Part shown: positions 24,599 through 36,829 of the stretch, one piece after another | Layout: each line of letters begins with the position of its first letter | Numbering within the stretch: the stretch's first letter is position 1 | Source: Callorhinchus milii | Taxonomy: Eukaryota | DNA: 64,000 bases | Direction: 5' to 3' | Assembly (NCBI RefSeq): GCF_018977255.1 | Contig: NW_024704743.1 | Span: 94,800,001-94,864,000, forward strand | Position numbers and translations under genes: made by a program | The notes under the pieces: generated by a model | The model's database searches: none | The model's input: the letters and a program-made list of their open reading frames with translations, nothing else | What the model was told of the DNA's origin: nothing

Positions 24599-27500
24599 TG
24601 GTCACTTTATTTGATCTCATCCTTTCAGAATACCACCTACCTCTACTATATTTCCATTATAGCATCAACATGTCAAATGAGTCCAAAGTCTTGGATTCTA
24701 CCATCTTATCTGATAGGCCATTCCAGTTGCTGACCACACTCTGTGTAAAAAAAATTCCCTGGTGTCTATCCTAAAATTGGCCTTCACAACTCTAATGAAG
24801 TAAATCTATAGTTCTTACAATACAGAGAATAGTCTGCAAACATAGAATAGTTATACAGTACTACACATCTCACATTGCTAAAAAATGGTTTGAGATTCCT
24901 ATGCTTGGTTTATACTATGAATCACCATGAAATGTCAAGTATACATTACGATTGAGTGGCTCAATCAGCGATAGCGATTAATGCAGTGGATGAGAAGCAT
25001 TTGGAGCTTCATTCAGATTGACTGACACCCATTGCACCCCTTCAACTTTCAGGGGACCAATCTTAAGCATTATTGAAGAGTCAGTTTGACTTGGATCAGA
25101 ATTCTGTACATGCACTTTGTGGATGTGTCTAATTGCCCATGTAAAGAATTCCTCAAATTTTACCCTGCATCATGCAATTAGTAGAGGCAAGAATAAATTA
25201 AAGGTCCTGCTCTAATCACTTTACTGCTGGAATAACATTGCAGTTTTTTAACAATTCATTAGCGACACAAAATGCAACTTCATCCAAATTGATGTCAGTT
25301 CGATATATAACGCTGAGCTTGAAGCCATCTCAAGGAAATAATCCCTTGCTTCTTTGAGTTTGCAATGGATTTCACTTTGAATAGTCAATTTCACCAGTAT
25401 ACCAAAAACAGCGAACAGAATTCTGCATGGGGACTTCATGTTTGCCTAAAACGCTTCGTTCTTTAACACTGTGGATGAGGCAGGCTAATTTGGTGCTGCT
25501 GACTTGCAACTCTCAAAATTGCAGCAATGTAAAGCTGCTGGATTCAGTAAAAGTGCACCATTAAGGACCTCACATACCAGTTTCCAACCATCACAAATAG
25601 AATAGCAGCTCTCTTGCTCGGTCTATGGTTACTAGGTTATAGCGATTCAAATGAGGTCATAAACGGTCACAATGACTTTCAAAGCAACTTATAAAGTCAG
25701 CTTGAACTAAGAATGTATTACAGCCCTCTGTAATAAATGGAGCTGAAACAATGGCTTAGTTTTTGTTGGCATTTCTTTTGAACACTTTAGTTTCACCCTT
25801 AAATTCTTCCTTACTGTTCCAGCATTCCAATCGTGGGGAGAGCAAGCAGGAGACTCAGGAAGGCAAAATATAGTTTTTTTTTTGATCGGCAAGATCAACT
25901 CACATCTAAAATGAATTTACTCTCCATCTCCTCACCCGCCCAACCCCACCCCCAACGCCTTGAGACATTTGAATTACAATTTTTTAAAAAAAATCTCAGA
26001 CAATGAAAATCCTGACCTCTTTCTTCCATTGTCCCTTCTCTATGCCGCCCCTCTCCCTTTGTCGCCAACGTTACTCTCAATATATCACGCCTACCCATCT
26101 AACAGTCACGAAGAACCTACATTTTCTCCTGTCTCCATATTTTCTCTGCATCAAGAGATTTTTTAAAAAATATATCCACTGAGGAATTTATAGTAAACTC
26201 ATACCAAGTTAAGCCTTCTAATGCCATGACTCCCCATTTACTGCACTTCAGTTTAATCACTTTCCATTTCACTGGGCCTGTTCCTCCAGCTCTAGCAAGT
26301 GTGCTCTGAGCTCTTCAGCAGCACAACTTAAACTAAGGGTTCGTTCCACATCACATCTGAATCAGACTGTCACTTAAATGACTTTCACATTGGTAAGTTT
26401 ACTAAAATCACAGCACTATTTGCTTCATAATCTAGATCACTATGTGTGGTAAAAATAAGAACTTCACCTAAAAATAAAACATTTTCTATACTTGCAAATT
26501 ATTCAGTCAGACATCACTTAGTTTTTTTTCCATAAACGACTTCCACAAAATCGATTATATATTTTTACATATATATGGAAAATGCTTGATTTTTTTGTAC
26601 TCTTCAAGGTATATTCCTCAGTGCTTCAATTTTTGTTACTCTCTATCACCTTTGAGGCCCAGAGAGAGCAGCCAGCTGCAGAGCTCTTCTCTACCAATAG
26701 TGTATCTTATCCCCAACCTCCACAGAACATTGCACAAGTTTTTTTTATATACTTCTCACACCAACTATCTTTGTGATTTTTCTGAGCAAGATTGCCATTT
26801 TGCAATTTGTACTGTCCTAACTTGCGCCAAACTACAATATAAGTATTATTAGTGCCTGAAGGAGCTTTCCCCCCAGGAACTGGACAACTGAGATACACAA
26901 ACTTACTGCTTTTCGGACTTTTACATTTGACAGCTGCTTATCCTTCAATCTGGGCTGGATTTAAACCCGTGTCCTAAATGTGAAAGGTTGTCACTCTAAA
27001 CCAATACACCACCACTCGAGATAGATTTCTTTCAATATATACGTACATAAAACTTTAAAGATATACAAAACTGTCTACTGTGTTTCTTTAAATGACACCA
27101 ATACACCCAGAAATGTGGGTAGAACCTCCATTTTCCCACTGTGATGTTTTGCTGTTAAGAGTTTAGGTCTCCCATGGCGACTTTGGTGTAAACATACAGA
27201 TTTGGACAGCATAAAATGATGGGGGAAGATAAGACAGTGTTTTTTTTGTGTGTGACAGTAATGCTGCCAGGATATTTACTAAGTACTATAGAATTATATT
27301 GCATCAGCTTCCAAAATGTTTTCTCATCAGAACTCCTCCATGAAGGGAGACAATTTGATAGCTGCTGATTCTAATTCATACTTGCTCTTCAATCAGCCCA
27401 AATCAGCATAGAAATACTGCAACCCAGTGTAAACAACTGTGGACGTGAATTTTGAGAACACACCAACAATTTATTGTTTGCAATGAAAACAATTGACAGC

Positions 27501-27889
27501 ACTGCAACCAACTATTACAAACACTGATTTGCACAGGGTTAGTTTATTTCCTTTCCTATATATACATATATATACATAATAACATACACTGTGTGTGTGT
27601 GTACATATACACACCACACACACACACTTCTCAGTAGGGTTAGCATTATCTTTCGTTCTCTTTCGTGTTGAGTTGTTCTTTTTTTTTAAAAAAAAATCCA
27701 CAGCAACTTCACAAAGCCAAAGACCGTTGCTCCAGCCCCAGTAAACAAAGCCCCGGGCAGACAGACAGACAGACAGACAAGACAGACAAGACAGCGAACC
27801 CCCACTGCATCCTCTTGAGCTCTGGCTCTGCTCTGACCGGGATTTTTTTTTAAAATAATAATAATAATTTAAAGATTAAAAAGGCATAC

Positions 27890-27943
27890 CAAGCGGGCCG
27901 CCTCCGCCCAAGTGCGGTCCTTCTTTTTTCTTTTGTCTTTCAT
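27890..27943 (-). CDS. ASXL3: ASXL3 coding exon 1 (start of HARE-HTH/ASXN domain)
   Basis: Minus strand reads ATG AAA GAC AAA AGA AAA AAG AAG GAC CGC ACT TGG GCG GAG GCG GCC CGC TTG|gtatgc = MKDKRKKKDRTWAEAARL, matching the recalled human ASXL3 N-terminus. 54 nt with a phase-0 GT donor, lying head-to-head with CCDC178 as in human. Confidence 0.95.
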
Positions 27944-28276
27944 TCTTTCTCCTTTCCTCCCCCCCCCCCCCCCCCCCACTCAGAAATGTTTTGGTTTGGT
28001 CGTTGAGAGGAACATAAAATACAATAATAATAGTAATGATATGAAAGGAAAGAAAACCAACGCCCCCCCCCTCCTCCTCCTCCTCCTCCTCCTCGCCCCG
28101 CAGTAACACTCAAAAAAACCCCAGGAACTGTACGAAAAGATAACAATAACACTGAGACATACAGTACAGAGGCATCTCCAGCAAAGCTCCAGCTGACAGC
28201 TCCCCACCCCCACACCGCTCAAAACAATACAATACCCGGCATCCCCGGCGCGCACCGCCCCCCCCGGCACCGCCCG

Positions 28277-28303
28277 CGGTCACAGGGCAGAGGTCACAGG
28301 TCA
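28277..28303 (+). promoter_or_regulatory. Array of four nuclear-receptor half sites with 1-nt spacing (DR1)
   Basis: CGGTCA c AGGGCA g AGGTCA c AGGTCA. The last two form a perfect DR1. Confidence 0.5.
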
Positions 28304-28336
28304 GCCACCAGCTGCCAGACACACACCGCCCGCACA

Positions 28337-28346
28337 TCTCGCGATG
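28337..28346. promoter_or_regulatory. BANP/ZBTB33-type CGCG motif (near consensus)
   Basis: TCTCGCGATG versus consensus TMTCGCGAKA, one mismatch, in a CpG-rich promoter. Confidence 0.35.
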
Positions 28347-28351
28347 TTACA

Positions 28352-30830
28352 CTCCCCACTCCCCCCCCACAACACCACCACCACACTCTCCATCCTCATC
28401 ACACACAACCCTCCCCCTCCCCACCACCACACACCATCCTCATCACACACAACCCTCCCCCTCCCCACCACCACACACCATCCTCAACACACACAACCCT
28501 CCCCCCCAACACCACAACACACACCATCCTCAACACACACAACCCTCCCCCCACCACCACCACACTCTCCATCCTCAACACACACAACTCTCCCCCTCCC
28601 CACCACCACACACCATCCTCAACACACACAACCCTCCCCCCACCACCACCACACTCTCCATCCTCATCACACACAACCCTCCCCCACAACACAACACACA
28701 CCATCCTCATCACACACAACCCTCCCCCACAACACAACACACACCATCCTCAACACACACAACCCTCCCCCTCCCCACCACCACACACCATCCTCATCAC
28801 ACACAACCCTCCCCCTCCCACCACCTACACACCATCCTCAACACACACAACCCTCCCCCTCCCACCACCACACACCATCCTCATCACACACAACCCTCCC
28901 CCCACCACCACACACCATCCTCATCACACACAACCCTCCCCCACCACCACCACACTCTCCATCCTCAACACACACAACCCTCCCCCTCCCCACCACCACA
29001 CACCATCCTCATCACACACAACCCTCAACACACACAACCCTCCCCCTCCCCACCACCACACACCATCCTCAACACACACAACCCTCCCCCCCCCCACCAC
29101 ACACGATCCTCATCACACACAACCCTCCCCCCCCCACCCCACACTCTCCATCCTCAACACACACAACCCTCCCCCCACCACCACTACCACACACCATCCT
29201 CAACACACACAACCCTCCCCCCACCACCACCACACTCTCCATCCTCAACACACACAACCCTCCCCCCCCACCACTACACACCATCCTCAACACACACAAC
29301 CCATCCCCCACCACCACACACCATCCTCATCACACACAACCCTCCCCCCACCACCACACACCATCCTCAACACACACAACCCTCCCCCCCACCACCACAC
29401 ACCATCCTCAACACACACAACCCTCCCCTCCCCACCACCACACACCATCCTCAACACACACAACCCTCCCCCCCACCCACACTCTCCATCCTCAACACAC
29501 ACAACCCTCCCCCCCCCCCACACTCCCATCCTCAACACACACAACCCTCCCCCCCACCCCCACACACCCATCCTCAACACACACAACCCTCCCCCCCACC
29601 ACCACACACCATCCTCAACACACACAACCCTCCCCCCCACCACCACACTCTCCATCCTCATCACACACAACCCTCCCCCCCCACAACACACACCATCCTC
29701 AACACACACAACCCTCCCCCCACCACCACACTCTCCATCCTCAACACACACAACCCTCCCCCCCCCACCACCACACACCATCCTCAACACACACAACCCT
29801 CCCCCCCCCCCACCACCACACACCATCCTCAACACACACAACCCTCCCCCCCCCCACCACCACACACCATCCTCAACACACACAACCCTCCCCCCCACAC
29901 CACACACCATCCTCAACACACACAACCCTCCCCCCACCACCACACACTATCCTCAACACACACAACCCTCCCCCCACCACCACCACACTCTCCATCCTCA
30001 ACACACACAACCCTCCCCACTCCCCACACACAACCCTCCCCCACCACCACCCACACACACACCCATCCTCAACACACACAACCGTCCCCCACAACACACA
30101 CCATCCTCAACACACACAACCCTCCCCCCACCAACACACCACCATCCTCAACACACACAACCCTCCCCCACCACCACCACACCCATCCTCAACACACACA
30201 ACCCTCCCCCCCCACCACCACAACACACACCATCCTCAACACACACAACCCTCCCCCACAACACACACCATCCTCAACACACACAACCCTCCCCACCACC
30301 ACCACACACCATCCTCAACACACACAACCCTCCCCCCCCACCACCACACTCTCCATCCTCAACACACACAACCCTCTCCCCCACCACCACCACACTCTCC
30401 AACCTCAACACACACAACCCTCCCCCCACCACCACCACACTCTCCATCCTCAACACACACAACCCTCCCCCCACCACCACCACACTCTCCATCCTCAACA
30501 CATACAACCCTCCCCTCCCCCCCACAACACACACCATCCTCAACACATACAACCCTCCCCCCACCACCACACACCATCCTCATCACACACAACCCTCCCC
30601 CCCCCCCCACCACTCTCCATCCCCAACACATATACCCCCCCACACACCACACTCGCCATCCTCAACACACACCATCCTCAACACACACAACGCTCCCCCC
30701 ACCACACTCGCCATCCTCAACACATACACCCCCTCCCCCCACCACACACCATCCTCAACACACACAACCCTCTCCCCCAACAGACATCACCCCCTACACT
30801 CAACACTCACCGCCCCCCACACTAACCCAG
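28352..30830. repeat. C/A-rich minisatellite (VNTR), unit about 35-42 bp
   Basis: Recurrent core CCATCCTCA(A/T)CACACACAACCCTCCCCC plus a variable C-run/CCACCACACA(CTCT) linker. Roughly 60 units (estimate), with almost no G on the plus strand. Confidence 0.97.
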
Positions 30831-31157
30831 TCCGACATCTGGTGTCTCGCATCGCGGTGGGCGCTTCACAAAACCTCCCGATAACAATAGTGTTTATGAC
30901 AATAACAACAACAACTGCAAGAATAACAACAAACGGTAGAAATTCAGAAAAGAAAGATAGATATCAGCGGAATGTGAAGGGATTTCCCTCTCTCCCCCCC
31001 CACCCTCCCGGCACAACAACACCCAGACGGACACAGACATGCAAACACACGTGGGGACGGTGACCCGCACTGTTATTTATTTCAACGAAACAAAAAAGCT
31101 GATGTTGCAGTAAATATGGGGCGCAGAGTGGCGGTGAAGGCCGAGTGTGTGGCCTCG

Positions 31158-31170
31158 GTTGCCTGGATAC
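31158..31170. promoter_or_regulatory. RFX X-box motif
   Basis: GTTGCCTGGATAC (reverse complement GTATCCAGGCAAC) fits GTNNCC-N-RGYAAC. Confidence 0.5.
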
Positions 31171-31202
31171 GGGTTGTGTGGGTGTGTGTGGGGGGGGGGG
31201 GT

Positions 31203-31216
31203 GTCGCCATGGTGAC
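31203..31216. promoter_or_regulatory. RFX X-box motif (near palindromic)
   Basis: GTCGCCATGGTGAC versus canonical GTTGCCATGGCAAC, lying upstream of the CCDC178 candidate first exon. Confidence 0.55.
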
Positions 31217-31219
31217 GGC

Positions 31220-31329
31220 GGCCCCTGGTTACAGTTGGGTCACTGTCACCCTCTCCCTCTCCCTCTCTCACTGAGGCCGCTGGTGTCCGCCACTGGAGCA
31301 CAACAAGCGCCAGGATGCAGCCCCGCGCT
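31220..31329 (+). other. CCDC178: Candidate non-coding first exon of CCDC178 (5' boundary approximate)
   Basis: GC/CpG-rich stretch just downstream of two X-boxes, ending at a strong donor GCGCT|gtaagt (intron starts 31330). The next plus-strand exon begins at 36334. Confidence 0.5.
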
Positions 31330-31686
31330 GTAAGTCTACACCTTCAAAACTTTCCAGGAGTCATTCAAACTGTAGTTTAGATACGTTGGTACATGTATCC
31401 CCCCCTCCTCCTCCTCCTCCCTCCCCTCCCCCTCCCCCCCCCCTCGTTTTGAGACTGCGACAACATGGTTTATTTCTGTGGTTCAGACAGAAATTCCCAC
31501 CCTCTGAAGTTTCTTTTGTTCCTCGTGTTTCTGTGCCCACGTTGGCAGCTGTTTGAATCCAAGATTGCTGTTACCTGGGACTTGACGACCACACAACTAT
31601 GTCTTTCTCTTTCTTACCCCCCCCCCTCCCACTCTCTCTCTCTCCCCCCCCCCTCTCTCTCTCTCTCCAGCTTTATTTTGTGCACA

Positions 31687-31852
31687 ATAATAATAATCCT
31701 TGCATTTGATATAGCGCTTTTCACGTCGGGAGGACGTCCCAAAGCGCTTCACAGAATATACTGTAAAGTGAAGTGACTGTGTATATATTTGTGGGCGAAC
31801 GCGGCAGCCAATTGCACACAGCAATGTCCCACAAACAGTCGTAGATTGAAAA
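31687..31852 (-). mobile_element. SINE 3' half (young subfamily)
   Basis: aataataatccttgcatttgatatagcgcttttcacgtcgggaggacgtccc...gtagattgaaaa. Confidence 0.88.
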
Positions 31853-33702
31853 GAGTGTGGGGGGGTGGGCACGGTGGGGAGAGTGCGGGGGTCCATTCGG
31901 TAGCTCTTCCAAAGAGCCGGCACAGGCTCAGGCTCGAGGGGCTGAATGGCCTCCTTCCTCCCCGCAACAACAATAACAATAAATAATAATTGGGGGGAAA
32001 AGTGGATTAAGAAATGGAAGCTCCCCTGATCTCAGGGGAGAAAAATGGCAATGTTATCATCAACTTTTCTTCAAGTTCATCCCAGTTTTCTTTTTTTGTG
32101 GCCAACTTTCTCCCTGTTTCCTCTCTTTACCTGCCTCCTAACCTGTGTGTTGGCTTTCTTCACCTGCAGACAGTTACTACACTTGGCAGTTATCACTTAC
32201 GAAGGCGATGCGATGTTTCGACGATGATAGACACTTTAAATCAAATTGAAAGAATCATTATTATGGTTCTGCAGCTGCTGCAGTGATCATTCCATATGCA
32301 CTCAGCCCAGACACTGAATGTTGGCAGTGTCTTCATGGGGTATCACAGCTGAACCCGTTGAACTGTGCCCCAGAAAAAGGAACAATAAGTTAGAAGAAGA
32401 GGGGGAGGAGAAACGCAGAAATAATTGGTCTTCTTGCAATGTGTCAAGGATGGCAGCTATACGTTTTATCCACTGTACAAGCAAACATAGTTTAAGTAGA
32501 TCAGCAACTATATGAAAATATTGGTGTAGATAAGAGAGGGAGGTACTGAATACTGTGAATTATAAGTGGTCAAATGCATTTTCGTGATTTTTGAAATTCT
32601 GAGTTGAGCATTTTTAGTGCAACATGAGTTGAATAGAGTTTTGAGCATATGCTTGTCAACGACTCTTATTTATATCATGAAGGTGTCCATGCTCATAGCA
32701 ATTTGATTACTGTGACATTTTACTTAATTCTAGTGAAGTAACAGTACACTGAACAATAAACCTGTTCAGTGACTCTGAACCATCTTCAAATTGTTTTGGA
32801 TTTAAATACTTATTGACTCTAAATTTAATGACTGACAAGGTAAAGTAACTGGTTCCACTCTGTGTTTTGTTTGATATTGTAAAACAAATTTGTAACAGTA
32901 GGTATAACTGTAACCATCTTGAGCATTGCAATGTAATTGTACAATTGAAGTTTGTTTTAATCTGTAAACTTGAAACCTTGTTACTGAAGTAATTCTGTGC
33001 AGAATTCCGAGGTGCTCTTTGAAGGATTAATCTAGTTAGATTTGAGCCACAGTCTACTACACTGACACCAATGCAGCATTGGTCACTCAATCCATCGCGA
33101 TTTGGGGACACTGCTGCGCACAAATTGGCTGTCAGGTTTGCCCGCAAAATATACTCATCCTTTGAAGAGCTTTGAGACAACATGATACAGTGCTATATCA
33201 AATGCGCTGATTATTATTAATTTCACAAGTTCATAAGTAGGTTCAGATGAAAGAGGTCTTTTGGCCCATTTTATCTCATCCCTCCAGAATACCTCCCCTA
33301 CCATCCTTAAATCCAGATTTTTTTTTAAAACTGAGTCCAGCATCCTGTCCTCAACCAGTCTTCATGATAACCCTTTCCAGTTATTTAGCTTCTGAGTAAT
33401 AGTTCCCGACATCTGTTCCGAAATTTCTATTTGGAATTCAAACCATATGTTCGCTTGTTCTGCAGTCTTACGGCATCTGGGGCTATTGTTCTGGGTCTAC
33501 TTCCTCAATCCCATTCAAAAACTTGTAGGTCTCATGTGAGATATTTACTTTGAAGACCGAAGAGATTGTCTAATTAATGCTCATTCCTTTAATACTGGGA
33601 ATCCTTTTATATTTGCTGCTTTCCTCTGCCCTGCCTTATGGCCACCTTATTTTGCATGGACCAGAACTGTATGCATTATTCTGCAGCCTGAGTAGAGCCC
33701 CT

Positions 33703-33985
33703 TAATAATAATAATAATCCTTGCATTTGATATAGCACTTTTCACGTCTTCTGGACGTCTCAAAGCGCTTCACAGAATATGCTGTAAAGTGAATTGACTG
33801 TATATTTGTGGGCCAAATGCAGCAGCCAATTGCGCACAGCAGTGTCCCACAAACAGTCGTAGATTGAAAATGACCAATTTATTATTGTTCGGTTTTGGAG
33901 GGATTATTATTAGACGTGTGGAGGAAGGAAACTTGCCCAAGGTTTCACCCTGACATGCCTGGAATTGAACCCAGGTGTCTCGCTT
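33703..33985 (-). mobile_element. tRNA-derived SINE inserted in an old CR1 3' fragment
   Basis: Family match. The flanks (33225-33700, 33990-34110) read as decayed CR1 3' sequence. Confidence 0.85.
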
Positions 33986-34129
33986 TAACTTGATTACGAC
34001 TTCAAGGGATTTGAACTCAACCGTTTTGGCAGTATTTCCAGCATCTTGTTTGCCTTAGTTATTGCTACTTTATTCATACTGCCTCACACTGTTTTGACAC
34101 GCTGAACGATAAGTCAACTAACAACAATT

Positions 34130-34400
34130 ATAAGAACAAATGACATTGTATAGCGCCTTTCACGTCAGCTGATGGGTGGGATAAGGAGGCCTGGTGGGCA
34201 GGGAGAGTGACCAAAGGCATGGTTGAAGAGGAGTGTCTTGAGACAGGTCATGAAGAAGGGAAGTGGGGAGGCGGAGGGACTGTGGAATGGAATTCCAGAG
34301 AGTGGGGACAGAGAGGCTGAAGGCCTGCCCGGCAATGGTGGGGCAGGCAAGGGAGGGATGTGAAGAAGGTCAAAGCTCACTGAGTGGAGGGAGCAGACAG
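34130..34400 (-). mobile_element. L2 3' fragment
   Basis: CLKTLLFNHAFG motif and L2 tail. Confidence 0.75.
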
Positions 34401-34464
34401 ATCTCTTTCAGCTTTTTCCTTGGCAAGAGCTGTCCCATACATATAATGCAATGCCTTGCATTTA

Positions 34465-34760
34465 TAATAATAAAATAATAATAATTCTTGCACTTGATAT
34501 AGTGACTTAACACGTCTTTGAGACGTCTCAAAGTGCTTCACAGGATATATAGTAAAGTGTAGTGACTATATATTTTGTGGGAAAAGCGCAGCAGCCAATT
34601 GCACACAGCAATGTCCCACAACAGTCATGGATTGAGTGACCAAATTATTATTATTAATTTTTTTGGAGGGATTATTACCCCCTGAAAGTGATCTACCAAT
34701 CGACTAACCACCACTTACTTACTGCTAGGTTAACAGAGGCATGTCCAGTAAGCAAACTTA
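34465..34760 (-). mobile_element. SINE, long subfamily, 5'-truncated
   Basis: Contains the ctctgttaacctagcagtaagtaag block and SINE tail. Confidence 0.8.
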
Positions 34761-36359
34761 TCTGCATTGAACTGTGCAGCTCATGTGCATACCCTATCAA
34801 TTTATTTTTGTAAGATCTTTGCTGCCTCCTTTGATTGGTGTCATCTGCAAGTTTAATTATCTTGCACTGGATCTGAGAATCCAAGTCATTGATGTATACA
34901 AGGAGGGGACTCGATACAGACCGCTATGCCACCCTACTTAATACCTTCGTCATTTTGACCAAGCTCCCCTAACAACTACCCTCTACTTTCTTCCTTTAGA
35001 CCATTTTGAATCTCGTCAGGAGAAGAAAAAGCTTCAATTGAAGACAACAACTTTTTATGAGAAAAAGATCCCGTGGTAAGGACATATAGTTAGGTAACAA
35101 GAATACAATGCGTCTGTGTCAATTGGGGACAAAATTTAAACAGTAATGTGTCGTCTCTTTATATGTCGGATAATCGCTGCATTGAAGTACAAATCCATAG
35201 TGTCTTACCCCGTTACCATATGTCCACTTAATGACTGCATTGAAGTACACATGCACAGTGTTCCATTTGAAACAAGTGTGCAAAATATAGTCTTGACCCG
35301 ACACTGCATACCCACTTACCAGCTACGGTAATGAAGTAGTGCATGTGCAGTACAGTGTACTTCATTGAAACAAGCACAGAAAACAAGGTACTTGTTTACT
35401 GTCATGTGTTAATCATATAAAATCTGATTTCTACAAGTCTGCCTGTAACTCATACTTTGCGCAAGTCATATTAAATGTTATAATCCCGACTGATACGACT
35501 TGGGTGAGTTTTACTCTTATGAAAAAACATTTTAAGGTTTTCATGACCCAAGCAATTGACTAAACTCATTCTTTAATCATCAATGGATTACAGAATCATA
35601 GAATGTTAGAACACAGAAACAGATCAGGTCTGTGTTGGTGTTTCATCCTCCACAGGAGTCTTGTAGTCTAACCCAATTCTCCTGTTTGCTTCTCATACCT
35701 TTTAATCTTTTTCATGTATCTATCTAATTCCATTTTAAAAGAATTTATGAACTGTGTTTCAACAACGGTTTGTGGCAGAGAATTCCAATTACGAAAAGCT
35801 TGTGAATAGTTTTTTTATAATTTTCCCCAAAATTAATTTTGCATTAACGTAAAAGTATGCCCTCTTGTTAGTGTCTTGCCAACTAATGGAAACAATGTAT
35901 TTAACTACTCACCATATCATAATGCTTTATAGTGTTGAAGACCCTTTAACTCTTAATCTTATTGGTTCTGATGAAAAAGCCCAAACTTCAAGTCTGTCTT
36001 TATAACTGAAACTTTCCATTACCCAATATCCCAGTGAATCTGTACTACATGTTTTGTTTTTGTGTTCTACCTTAGCCTATACTGTGGTATTAGCATATTT
36101 GTCAGTAGTATTTGTCTCAATATCTTCAAATGTAATTGCAGTTATCAGTATATTTCCTAATTTTATGGGGTAAAGGAAAGTTGGTTAATGTCACTTTTCT
36201 TCACATGTAGCAGTATAATTTGTTTTGTGAGACATTTTATAATGCCAGGATTATTGGGGACTTTATACCCCTTCAACATGGGTTACATTTTACTTTGATG
36301 TAATAACTTTTAAAACTATTTTGGTGTGTATAGGAAACTCATTTTCAAACCTCTACATA

Positions 36360-36414
36360 ATGACTGAAGTAAAACTATTAAACAATCCCTCTGAAGAAGA
36401 AAAATATGTAAAAG
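36360..36414 (+). CDS. CCDC178: CCDC178 first coding exon (exon starts 36334, ATG at 36360)
   Basis: tgtatag|GAAACTC...ATG ACT GAA GTA AAA...GTA AAA G|gtaaga = MTEVKLLNNPSEEEKYVK. Resembles the recalled human start MTENK, and its phase-1 end fits the next exon. Confidence 0.75.
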
Positions 36415-36829
36415 GTAAGAAGCTTGTTATAGAATAATTTTCTTGTAATTTCAAATCTTATGCTTTCAATAATTAGAACCTATACATTAGGTAAAAATAT
36501 ATATTGATTGAAATTGTATTGACTGGTATAATAGATATTTCAAATGGATATGGAAAAAAGGTAGGGAAATGAAATTAAAAAGTATGCCATGATCTAATAA
36601 AATGTTGGAACAGGCTGGACTAGCTTCATGACCTATCCTGTTCTTGTCTATCTATCTATATAGGCTGTGGCGAAACTATGCAAAAAATTGCATTATTTTC
36701 TCCACATTAATTTTTTAAAAATTCTGTAATGGATTTGTAGTTCGAGAATTTGCCATAAATTAATGGCTTCAATAAGATATTACCAAATATTTGTTCCTCA
36801 GGTAGGATTCCTTTTGCCTGAGGGCTGAT

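Larger units (their letters stand above)
28200..28350. promoter_or_regulatory. GC/CpG-rich proximal promoter or 5' UTR region of ASXL3
   Basis: CpG-dense tract (ccccggcgcgcaccgccccccccggcaccgcccgcgg) 260-400 bp upstream of the ASXL3 ATG in an otherwise CpG-poor window. Confidence 0.6.

Noticed and set aside
28352..30830. CRISPR-like repeat/spacer pattern
   Set aside because: The linkers are short low-complexity variants of one another rather than unique spacers. There are no cas genes and the context is a vertebrate locus.
28344..30884. 846-aa His/Pro/Thr-rich ORF and the antisense Gly/Val/Cys ORFs
   Set aside because: By-products of the minisatellite: the C/A-only strand cannot easily form stop codons, the unit length is not a fixed multiple of 3, and the peptide cycles through all frames.
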